A DNA stretch of 64,000 bases from positions 7,192,001 to 7,256,000 of the forward strand of contig NC_134468.1 of the NCBI RefSeq assembly GCF_964194025.1, in the 5' to 3' direction. Shown here one piece after another: positions 24,042 through 36,000 of the stretch. The notes under the pieces were generated by a model. It worked only from the letters and a program-made list of their open reading frames with translations, searched no databases and had not been told where the DNA came from. Each line of letters starts with the position of its first letter. Position 1 is the stretch's first letter. The position numbers and the translations under genes were made by a program. This DNA is from Convolutriloba macropyga. Its lineage: Eukaryota.

Positions 24042-27000
24042 GTTAGTGGCTGCTTAATGTTTGTGGCGAGTGGTTAATTTCACTCGAATTAAGTTTAAAG
24101 AAATTATTCAATGTCTTTTGCATGTCATTGCGACATCAATTGTGGAAGTAAAAGAACTTGGTCTAAGTTTTGTAATTTTGTTCAAACCAAAAAAAAACAG
24201 TCTAATTGACTCATTAGACCCAAACAAGATTCCCCAAAGAAGATATACCAGAGTATACTATAGATATACTACATATTGTTCTGAAAATATCGCGAGGCTC
24301 TGAAAAACTCCAGACAATTTAGAAGTCGCACGTGTTACCTCCATTCACAAAATAGGGGACAGAAGCAAAGTTGAAAACTATTGCTTGTTGCATTTTTGAG
24401 CATCGACAGTAAAATTCTTAAATGTGTATATGAGGACAAAGAGTCCACAAGGATGGTCTCTAGGTCTTTTGTTGTTCTGCATCTCAATGCGTGACCTTCC
24501 AAATGCTCTCTGATTTTCTCTAATCCATTCAATTTTTAGGATGAACTCAAAATCTTAGAGGTAGTGAAAAGTGTTTCTAGTTCAAGACGATCTTAATGCA
24601 CCTAAACATTGCGTAGCGATGAACAAAATGCCATTGACGAAAAGCGCATCACCAAATTTTGAGGACACAATCTCAATTTTTATGTAATGGGGCAGTATCT
24701 ATGACGTACAGTTGTCAAGGATCTGTGAATGCAAGTCGAGGATGACCTATCATCGAGTTTTCATGTTGAGGAGGGAATGAAAAAGCAAACAAATTTCTTT
24801 GTTTGAATTTTGTTTCGCACTAAGTGAAGACTGATCCAATTGGTGACTATATTAGTCGTTGATATTGTGCTTTTGTGTTGTAGGTACTGCTAAGGACAGA
24901 GCTGCAAATTAATTTTTGTTTAAAACTTGTCGAATCGTGAACCGTCTGAAAAAACTTAAATCAGAATCAGTTGTATTGAAAAATGGTATTTTTAATATAA
25001 TGTGGAGTTATTTTCGATCGAGAAGTTTTCGGTCGAAACATCTCTACGTTGCAGTTATTCTCCCGTTGCTATAATTGTAGAAATAAGTGAAGATTAACGA
25101 CTGGGACTAAAGAAAAATCTTCAGCCTAGTCACCCATCAACAACAACGCCTACGACAAGTCAAACCAACAATGAACCGAAACTGGTAGCAAGTTACTGAT
25201 AGTGTTTAGAAGCTTGCCTCCAACCACAAACAATGCGTCAAATTTGGGATCAGTGAATCAGAAGCGAACCAAGTAACAAGCTTTGTCCTGCTGGGGTTAG
25301 TCTTGGGCGCCCTGATGTTGATATTATTTAAATGATCGATCTTCTTTCCAAAGCTTCAAACTGACATCCATTCGACTAAGCGGATGGCTTCAACGTGCTC
25401 GCCAACATAACGAAGGGAACACGCTCTCTCCCTGAAGATCCAGACGTGGAGCTGCAAAATTTTGGAATTGAACCAAAATTCCAGAGTAAAGTGACATTTG
25501 AACAAGAGACAATTAGATGACTGGGCGAATGATCTTGGAGTTATCAAGTCAAAAATTTCATGTTGACTAGAAATGTCAAACAAAAAAATTGAGTTTAAAA
25601 CAAAAAAGCGTTTCCACGATCAGAAGAGGAAGAATGCCGACCTGAAAAAGCGCTGAGCTAATTAAAGGCTTATGTAGATAGGGACTTAACATGCATCAGA
25701 TGTGTGGTTTGCATCATAAACGGATCTTTCGTGTTGCTATATGTACTGAAGTACACGGTGCCTGTTTCTGATGACAGTGGAAAGTAAAACAACACTATCA
25801 ATATGCTAGATCATGCAACAACAGTATGAACTCGATGTCACCAAAGTAAGACTCTGGAAATTTCGATTCGGTCATCAAAAACTCTTGAACAACGTCAATA
25901 GTTTCTTCCGCACGACATCAAGCCAACGAAGACAATAGTGTAGGAGCTACAACTAAGCTGACCTGAAGTGTCCTCAGCATTATTAAAGCAGATTGCTCTG
26001 AATGGTATCCTGATGATTTTTGTCGTCCTCTATGAAAGTTCAGAAAAGATCAAAATTTTCACATGAAATGTTAAGAAATTTTTTACTATGTGGACATTTT
26101 CGAAACTCAAGTTCGCTCTGCTGATTAAATTTTTCGAAGGGTTTGCTCGTTTGACAGTTTGTTCAAATCCGTGATCACTGGAAGTTCTCTTAGGTTTCCT
26201 GCAGATGGCATTTTTAAATGTCATTTTGAAATGACATCGGACATTTTTAAGGACATTACTATATGAAAACATAAACTGTCTCTACCAGGCTCTACAAGCA
26301 CAGAAAGAGAAGACTACATGATTTTTTTAATTTTTTTACCTGGCCTTATTGTTCGAGAACATTCTTACGATTTCATTTCATAGGAAATTTTTCGTGCTGA
26401 ACTTCTTGATTTTTGAGTGATTTAAATTGATTTTATTTTAAAAAAACAAGAGATTAGAAAGCATGCACAAGGCAGTGACAGGCGATTTGTAATGCTTCAT
26501 TGTATTACGATGGAGGACGAGTGTGCGAACCTCTCCTTGAGCGTTTTTTTTTCACCCATAAAAAATTATCTGGGCTACAGCCACCTCTAAATTAAATGGC
26601 CCCGCGATTTAGAGAGCAAGTTCGAGAGCAATGTCGTTCGAGAGCAAATTGTCCGACGTTAGTCAGTTTTATGTTGGAAATATCGATTTCAAAAACTCGA
26701 CCCAGACTGCAAAATTTCCTCTTATGAATATGATCTCAATTGCTTCTCCAGCTCTGTAATTGATTGTAAGGTCCCTACGATTCATTATACAAAGTTTTGT
26801 ATTTGATGCTTTTCTGAACGTTTGTTTTTTGCGCCCGTTCTCAAACGCATGTTTCCAGAGTTTTGTTCAACTCGGTTTCGCTCGTCTCAACTCCGCTCTG
26901 ATCAGTAATTAATTTGTGCTGGTGGAATAACTTTTCCATCTATTGCATCATAGCTCTTCCTTGAAACATGCAGCGCTTAGAAAAGGACACAGTTGCAAGT

Positions 27001-30000
27001 TGAAAAATGGGAAAAACAGGGAAAAATTGTTTCTGAAAGCTTCCCTCAATTGATTTTGATTTAATATGTATTCGCCGCAGTTAAGTTAAACGCCTCAGTT
27101 AAAACAGACGAAAATTATTTTCAAAATCATGGGTGGCCAAAAACTGTTGGCGTGCTGAATTGGCTATGTTTTCAATCAAAGCTACAGACTTAAAGAACAT
27201 TGCGTTGAGACCTTAAAGTTAATCAGAAGCAAATCGGAAAAGAAATAGGACAAAAACAGAACTTAGGACAAAAACAGGAGACAATAAATGCTGCACTCAA
27301 TAAATCTGTTGCAAAATTGAATCAAGTTAGTGGTGTATAAGTATCTCTCCCACACACACGACCAAGCACCTACCCTTGCACACATGCACAAACACTCTCA
27401 ATTGTGTTCTCACACACGCGTGCAGAGAGACATACATGCGTTCACATGCAAACGTGCCCACGTAAACACTCATAAATTAATAATTTGCTGTGAAATAAAA
27501 AATCAGTTTTTATGGGCTTTTCAATTCTTTACGCAAAAGATAAAAATTAGCCTTATACTATAGGTTGTACAAAAAAATTCGCCTAGCATAAATTTCCTAC
27601 CCCAAAATTCGAATTGGAACAATTATGACTTAATAACTTGGAATTCAAATGTTGCGACTTGAAGTTTTGAACAAAATGAGAGGAGTGGAGCAGAATGAGT
27701 GATTCATGATTATGCTTTCCGGAGAGCGGGAATTTAATGAGTGAAAAAAAATTACGCGAAGGCATTTTCTTGTACATGCGGCTTTTTTTGTTCACTATTT
27801 TTCTTGATTAAAGGTTTGAATATGCTATGTTAATGATTTAAAAGGTTGTTTTGATAGTGTATTAATGTTTTTTTTTAGTTATTAGTCTAAGTTTTTACTT
27901 TTTTTGGTTTAATGATAATTTAGTGGTTTCTTAGGCGACTTCAGCATTTTTTTGCTACTGTTTTGTTTCACTGCATTCATTGCGGATTGAATAGACGCCT
28001 AATGCTCAAAAGAATTTTTAGGTGTCAATTTATTTCAATTTCAATGTTGTAAAACTTTCTTTTGGCTGAGAAATTAAAAAAAAACAGAAATGGAATTTTA
28101 AAATTTAGATTATGTATTTGAGCGTATGACTTTCCTATTGCTATGTGAGCATTTTTTGTGATCTTCACGTGTTTAACGAAAGATTTTCGTTTTATGTGCA
28201 CTTATATTTTACGAGGAATTAATTGAGTTTTTTTTAGTTTTGTTGGTTTTTTAGGCTACATAGTTTTAATTGCTCTTGGACGAATTTTGAAACAATTATT
28301 GTGAAAGTGTTGGTCTTTTTAATGTAAGACTTTTGCTTGAGGGATTTGACTTTACGAGTGACCTTTGCGCCCATGACTTTCGTTTTGCGTGATCTAAGTT
28401 TTTCTTCACAAATTTAAGGAGCTGATATCAAGGGGCGGCAGTTCACTACTAAAAGTGAAGGTCGATTTACAAGTGCGCCAAAATTGGTTTCAGTTTTTTC
28501 CTTAAATTTTTATGGGGGGTTAAATTGGTATATTATATATTAAACTCTAATGACGTCATTTGAAGCTCACTTTGTGATTGTTGTTACCCCCCCCCCCTGA
28601 CTGAAGGAGACTGCAATAGGTTAGAGCTCCCACCAGTAGTCCGAGAGCAATTCTCCCGACGTTAGTCGTTTGTTATTTATTGACTTTACTTTTTTTAAAA
28701 ATTTTTCTTGAGTGGTTTTAGTATGTAGTGGTTTTATCACAGGCTTGTTTTTTGGCAAAGCCGATTCTTCGGGACGTTTCTGATTTTTTTTTCTTGATTT
28801 TTCGATCGCGCTCGCTATCAGCCATATATCATACAGAGAAAAAAAACATTTAGCACGTCGTCTACGGATAAAATATTTTTCAGAAATCGGGGAAACTTCA
28901 AAACGAATCTTTCTTGTTCATTGGAATGTCGTTGGACCACGATCAGAATATTGAGAGACATTGCAACTCTGGTGGATAGTGTTGAACTCAAGGGTTCAAA
29001 GGTTCAAGTGGGAAGTTTGTCAGCATGTGTGATTGGGGGAGTGGCTGTTACTTTGGGCTTAGGAGCTACTATTACCGGGTTTGGAGCTAGTTTGGGTGTT
29101 CCTCTTATAGTGTCTGGAACAGCTGTGGGGGGAACCGGTGCTGTTGGTATGTACTGGGTTGAAATTATAGAGAAGCTTTAACTGTCAAATTTGTGATTCG
29201 AATTTCTTGTCAAAAGTTTTCGTCTGTATCCACATTTTAATGGGTTTACATACAAAGCAACCCCAAGCACAACTGCCTTGTTAACACAATGTTTTACTTT
29301 TATCGTGTAATGCCGCGTTTTATATAACGGGGGGGGGGGGGGCTTTAACTGATGTTATTGTACTGCGTCACATTATGACCAATTTTTGCTAATTGTTTTT
29401 GTGATTTTACGAAGCAAGTCACTGATATGTGAATTATCTGCAAAAGAGGCATTTATGATCTTCCGGAATGGAAATTTGTTCAGTTTTCCAATGTGAGAAC
29501 AGTTTTCTAGGTTTTCTTCTGTATGAACTCCTTTATCGCGACATTAAGTTGATTTTTGATGGGTTTGAATAGTTTTATTCATGGTTGTAGGTTCCCTTGC
29601 TACGAATATCGTCGAATACATATCACGAAAGCGAAATTTGAAACGCGTCAACATGCGTCTTCAGCTAGACAATTTTTTGTCTGAGCAGTTACTTACAATG
29701 ATGAATAGAGCGAAAACAGATCACACAATTGCGGCTATTTGGGATCTCAGTTTCCTCAACGCAATTGGCTTCGCCTGTGCAGTGCCAAATGTTGCCAAAA
29801 TTGGGGTGACCTCGTTAGCGGGTGCCAGAACAATGGCGGTTGTTGGTTCAGGTGTGGCGCGTGCATCAATCGCCGGCGTGGGAATTGTGTTTGCGGCTGC
29901 TATGATTCCGATTGACGTTGTCCAGTTGGTGCATAACACTCTAAAAGTACATTCCCAGACTCCGTCTAAGTTGGTAAAGGAGATCAGGTGCGAACAAATG

Positions 30001-33000
30001 AGCAATCTAATAAAATGGGCTAAAAAATGAAAGTTTGGTTGGATTTTCACAACGAATCCTTCGATAAAACATGCTTGTGCCATTTAAGCACTTTGAAAGC
30101 ATTGCTTAAGTCTTTAAAAAGCCTGAAATTTATTAGTGGAATCAGCATTGATTCTAAAAAAACATTTGCATTAAAAGATAGTTGCGCTAAAACATTACTG
30201 GCGGTCAGTCTGGTGAGACATCTGCCGGCTTTTGATTTTCACTTATCAAGCGAAATAGTCGATTTATCTTATAAGCCTTGAGCAAGATGAGATGAATCAG
30301 CATCATGCGAAATAACAAAAGTAGCGGCTTTACTGATTTTGATATTGTGACTTGCAAAATTTTTGCATATAAGAGGCAGTAGTATCGGACTAGTACCTCG
30401 CAAATACAGTTTCTAAGACCTAATCTCAGTAAACTTAAATTCTTTTTATTTGTTCTCGAAATAGAAGCAATTTTTGTAAAAGTGTGTGTCTTTTTATGCT
30501 GATTCGCTTGACCGTTTTTGCGCTTTTCCTCTAGAATATTTGATTTTTTGAGTGATTTTTTCACGCACTTCTTGATTTTGAGTGATTTCAATTGCTCTCA
30601 CTCCGAAATAAAGTCTGTTGTTCAAACAAAACCGATTTTTAATAAGTCGATGACAAGGCCTTGATAGCCGAGTGGTTAAGGCCTCTGGTCTACCAGGTCA
30701 AAGAGAATAAAAGTTTTCCTGATTGCCTACGCGTTTAATCTTTTTTCTTGCGCCCGTTTGATCACACTTGAAATCTCAAAACAACCATTCTATTCAGCTA
30801 TCTTGCACACTTCTTATTGTAATTTTTTGGGTCATTGTTGTGAAAAGAATATTGATCACAAATGACTTACCTCACTGAAGAATGAATTCGGAAATTTAAG
30901 TTTAGGAATCAAACTCTAATCAAAGATCAGCTCAGTGCTCCTTAATCGGCGCTCTTTGTAGTTTTGGGAAAAAATAGTTTTGGAAAAAGCAGGCTCTTGT
31001 TTTTCTTTCTTTGTTGTTAATAGCCGCCTCAGCTTCTCAGCCGGCTATTATAGCGCTCCTAATTTTTTTAACAATTCAAAGAATATTTGAATTGTATTGG
31101 ATCGCTGTCTTTTATGATCTGGACTATGAGTGAATTGGGAAAGCCATTTCTAAAAAAAAAATCAGATAAAAAAATTTAAAAAAATCAATGTCAAAATGAC
31201 GCATGTGAACAAAAAACCACTAGCGAAAAATCGAAATTTGGTTCAAACAAAAAACTAGGCCCAGACTGAACTATGAATGGATAGGGAAAATCTTTTAGAA
31301 AAAATTCCGATCTAAAAAATCGATAAAACAGAAAATCAAAGTGAAATTGTCGCATGTGAACAAAAAACCACTAACCATAAAGCGAGTTTTTGTTCAAACA
31401 CCGTTTTCTCACTCTACTGTAAAATTAGAGTGAAAATTTCACGCCAAAAGTACTCGCTTCTTCGAGTCTCAGCGGTGTCTTTGAGGACTCAATTAATTGA
31501 TGTAGTTGTATTCTTCAGTTGCTGTTGCGTTCTGTGACTTTTATACTATGTTTTTTAAAAGTTGCAGCGAGTTTTGCGATTTTTGGTTAATTTTTTCTGA
31601 TTATTTAATGTTATTAGTGAGAGGACGTTTAATAACAGGTTGCTAATGAGAAGTAGAGGAATATAGTTGACAGTTTGAGTTCATAGCAGTTGTTTTTTGA
31701 TGTTGATACTCTTTTTAAAAAATAAAGGTTGAATTTTTAATCTTGCTTGTTTTTGTTGTGCTGGTGTTATTTTTAGTCTCATTACTAACAGCTCTCATTT
31801 GCCTTTTAAAGCGGAAGTAATGATGGTCAGGTCGTAAATTAATACGATTCTTTGAATTGTATTTCAGGACTTGTCCTGTCCTGCCTTGTTTTTTCTTTCG
31901 TCGAATAAAGAAAAAATGAGAAAACGTTTTTTAAAAATGAGAAAACGTTTTTGAAAAAGAGATTTAATGCACCGCATTATGTCCAAAAGAAAAGAAGTAG
32001 TTAGCAAATTGACTAGCTGAATTAAATTTGTCACTGAATCAATTTTGGTGTATGAAGTGATTTTATTTCGTTTGGTTAGATGCGGTTGGCGGAATATCGA
32101 AACCTGAATGTTTTTGAGTAGATAATTGATCTCTTTTGTGCGCTATTGATCGTAGACTTTTTAAAACAAAATATCTGCCGCAAGCAGAGAGACCTGTTGC
32201 ATGCGAAGGTCGATGATAGACGTGTTTAATTTAAACGGCAATCTCTTATGCATTTTACAAGCTTCTTATGCGTACCCGGTAACTGATGCGTTGGAATTTA
32301 TATCTGGGACAATTTTATATTTGGAAATTTACATCGGATTTGCTCTGCTGCTTTAGCACTACACCCGCTTGTTATCTTGTTTGTCCGCAGTCTTTCGAAA
32401 GAACTGAATATCATGCTTAAGGCGCATAGTTCAGGTCTAAGCTCCTGTGAGGACTTTCATTTCAGATAGAAAATGTTGAAGCGTCCGAAGCCAGGCGAAG
32501 ATGAAGACGAACTTCTTGCCTTCCAGGAGAAGTTTCTTGCTGAGTCTAAGTCTAATCCATCTGCTACATTGGTTAAGATGGACCGACCTACATCTAAAGG
32601 GAAGTCACGTCCAGGGAAGGAGCTAAATTCCGCTGAAGCAAAGCGTCCAATCATTGTTTCTAACTTTACGATTGGAGAAGTTATTGAGCGTCAGTCTGAA
32701 ATTAGTGCAATTGTAGATGTTCAGGACACTCAGTGTGAAATGGGGTTCCCGGTTGTAGAGAAATTGACTAATTATAACAAGTCATGTGATAATGAGGTAC
32801 CTCAAAACGTCAAGAAAAAGAAGAAAGGAACAAGTATTTTCGCCCAAAAAATGGCTGCTGATAGAATGAAAACTGACAAAAGTGCTAACAATGTACCTAC
32901 ACAACAGCCGATTTGTACAAATTTAACGGGATTCGAAGGTCACTCGACGCAAACCGGGCCAGTAATGATTGAGAGACATTTTCAAAGTAATGCGGAAGAG

Positions 33001-36000
33001 AATGTGGTAGATTTCAAATCAATTCATGAAGAAAATATGACAAAATTGAAGTCTATGAGCGACGAAGAAATCTTAGCCGAGCAACGTCAACTGATTTCTC
33101 GATTGGACCCGTCGACTATTGGATTTCTGAAGAATCGATCGAAAGTTAAGCAACCTGTTATTACTAACGAAAACAGTCATAAAGTAAGCAGTTCTACTAA
33201 ACTCGCAGAAACCTCAGGACCTTTCGGGAATCCGAATGACAAGTCATTGAGCAGTGAGGGTCAACATATTTGGGACTCGGATCTTCCAGAACCAGATCCG
33301 TCGAAGACTTATTCGATTAGATTTGATTTCCAGGGTCTAATTGTAACTAACAACAATTTACCAGTGCATCTAGGGTTACATCATCATGGCGAAGAACAAG
33401 AAGTACCTGGTTATACAGTCGATGAATTATTCATGCTCAGTAAAAGCTCGAACGCTCAACAAAAGCTGATGGCTGTGAAAACTCTGGCTTTGATATGCAA
33501 AAATGCAAAGCTGGGATGTTTTGTGGGTTTAGAAATTAATGTATTCCAGCATTTAATTGAAAAGGGCCTGCCGATTTTGTTTCGACTAGTTTTAGACGAA
33601 CAGAATATAGCTTCAATCTGTGTTGCTGTTCAGGCTTTTAGTTTGATGTTACATAGTTCTCATACTGAAAATGTTCTCGAAGTTTCAACATTGTGTTCGA
33701 CAACCCGCCTTTGTTTTGTGTCAATGAAGCCTTTCAGTGTGAAGAAAATTGATAGTAAGAAACCAGAAGATGTGATGAAAATTGACCTATTGAAAGGTCT
33801 AAACCAGACTAACATTATGATTCGGTTGCGCTACATAATCGAAGTTATTAAACCGCCGCCAGAAGTTTGTTCAGACATTTTAAAAATTCTGCAATCGTTC
33901 TCCCGACATTCTATGTCGCTAGCGTATGACGTTTTCAAATGTCCTCGTCTGTTGGACTTGATTGTTAACAATTATTTGGACCTTCAAAACCCGTTTTCAG
34001 AACTAACTATTAATTGCATGAAGTTGTTATTGGTCATTATATCGAACGGTGTTAATATGGCGAAGACCATTGTCTTGTTTCCCAATTTTGAGAAGTTTGT
34101 TCTTTTCGGTTTAACTGAAGATTTAGCAGTGTCGGAGAGTAATGAAACATTGAATTATAAGTTAATTGTTATCTCTTTGGTTTATTACTTAGTTGAAGAA
34201 TTACTTCAATGTCAATTGTTCACTGACCAATTAATTTCTGTTTTGCATTCTGTTATGATGCGAACAGTGAAACTTCAAACAGTTGAAATCGAAAAATGCT
34301 CGAGTAATGAACTCAAATTTTTAGTCGCTCATTTCAGCTTTTGTGCAACTATATACGAAAAGCTGTCAAGTCTAGCCGATAACACAGTGTTGCATGTATT
34401 CTTACATGATTGTCGTGAGATGACTTTGGTCCTTAGTCTGAAGTGGTTGAATACGATTGTAGTTTCGGAACCACATTTGATAAATGGGGTACGCAGTTCT
34501 GTATTTGCAGTCATGCTGAAAATCTTGAATGCAGGTCCAAGAAATCAAATATCTAAAGACTTGAATGAAAATTTTGAACAGCTTTTTCAAATGGTTGTCA
34601 GGTATTTGAAGAGTGGAGAAATAAGCAAGTTATTTTCGCGTTTAATTGTGGAATTCCCTTACAAGTTCGTAATTTCAAACTGTTTGCTGGAATGTTATTA
34701 CGACCTTGACATCACAACAACGTCGTTTTACACTTTCGAGTGCATTTCGTCCGTTTTTCAACTTGCGTCCAAGTTTCAAGATCCTAATCAGAACCATAAA
34801 GAAGAACTTGTTAGACTTGCGGATAATTTTCTAAAATATTTTACAAAATTCGAACCTCCGTTAGTGATAGAAAAAGATTTGAGCGACAGCTTTGGTTACT
34901 CAAATTTCATAGTTGCTGTAAAATCGGTTTTCGATGTTCTGATTTATCTCAAAAACCTTATCAATCAAGGCTTGTTATCATCTAAAACATCCCAAAGTTT
35001 AACACTTGTTTGCCTGAAATTAATATCAGAATGTCCCTCCGGGTATCCAGATTTACTTCGAAGAATGTTTAGAGAGCTATTATTTGATCAATCATTTCAT
35101 AACTACGTAACCCTAACTGAAAAGTTATCAGAATTGAATATCGATAGTTCAGTTCCTGAGAGCGAAAATCGTGAAGCTGATGTCATCAATGAAGTTTTCG
35201 TATGCTTTGAATCGTCGTTCCCGGCTATTTTGAAAAAACAGAAAACTGTCAATTTTGCTGAGATTGAAAGCTTGCTAGTTGAACCTTCAAGTAATGGCCT
35301 AGAGTTACCAAAAGATTGGTTGTTTTATCCGATTTTGAGCTTAATTGATCAAACCAAGCACAAAAACGGTGATGTTGATATTGAGTACGCTAATGTGAAA
35401 ACAGTCCGAGTATGTTTGAAGTTTCTGTGTACTCTAAGCTTTGAGCATTTATCAACATTTTTGACGCCTAATCTCATATTCGACCGCTTGATGTGCGTGT
35501 TCATGTTGACAAGTGCAATTTTCATGGACAACGATATCAAGACTTCTATTCGAAAACTTTTACTGAGTCTAATTGAGTGTACTAAGTTAACTTTGAAACA
35601 CGATTCTACGACAGACGGAGCTTTCTACGAGCATTACGTGTCTCTGCTGGAACATTTTGAGGCTGAATCGTTTGGAGACCAACTTTTTGCGAATTTTGTG
35701 CTGTTGCCTATGTGTACCCGATTTGACCCGAAGTTGCGAAGAGCAGTTTGGACAGAATTCAGCAATGTTCTCAAGGTTCATATGTTCTGAATTTTGGAAT
35801 TGTGTTTTTTTTCCCGTACGTAGCTACATAATATACGAAAGGTTTTTTTTATCGATGTAACTTTTTGAAGTTCTCATTTGGATATGTGATCCTCCCTGGA
35901 TCGAATGATCATTGATACTTTTTCTTTGAGGCAGGTTGGTGCTGAAATTAGCAGTTTTGAAATTTTAGTGGTCCTCGTGGTCTTTTGGAGCTGTTTAGTG

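Larger units (their letters stand above)
14441..29902. repeat. Right arm of the giant inverted duplication (includes a 1155-bp segment, 15126-16280, absent from the left arm)
   Basis: Reverse complement of 1-14398 with scattered substitutions and indels. 13715 pairs with 15125 and 13708 pairs with 16281. Confidence 0.98.

Noticed and set aside
25000-26300. Possible BEL/Pao gag remnant (Cys/His-rich pieces) in intron 2, with its mirror at about 3450-4760
   Set aside because: Too degenerate to read a continuous motif; needs a translated search.
1-29902. Palindrome as a simple read fold-back artefact
   Set aside because: The arms differ by many substitutions and several indels with repair-type scars, which a single-molecule fold-back would not produce. 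A haplotype mis-join is not excluded.
35776-35790. RPAP1 ending at the ORF-track stop (..KVHMF*)
   Set aside because: The conserved C-terminus is found in a phase-matched exon at 40826-41026, so 35776 is a splice donor.
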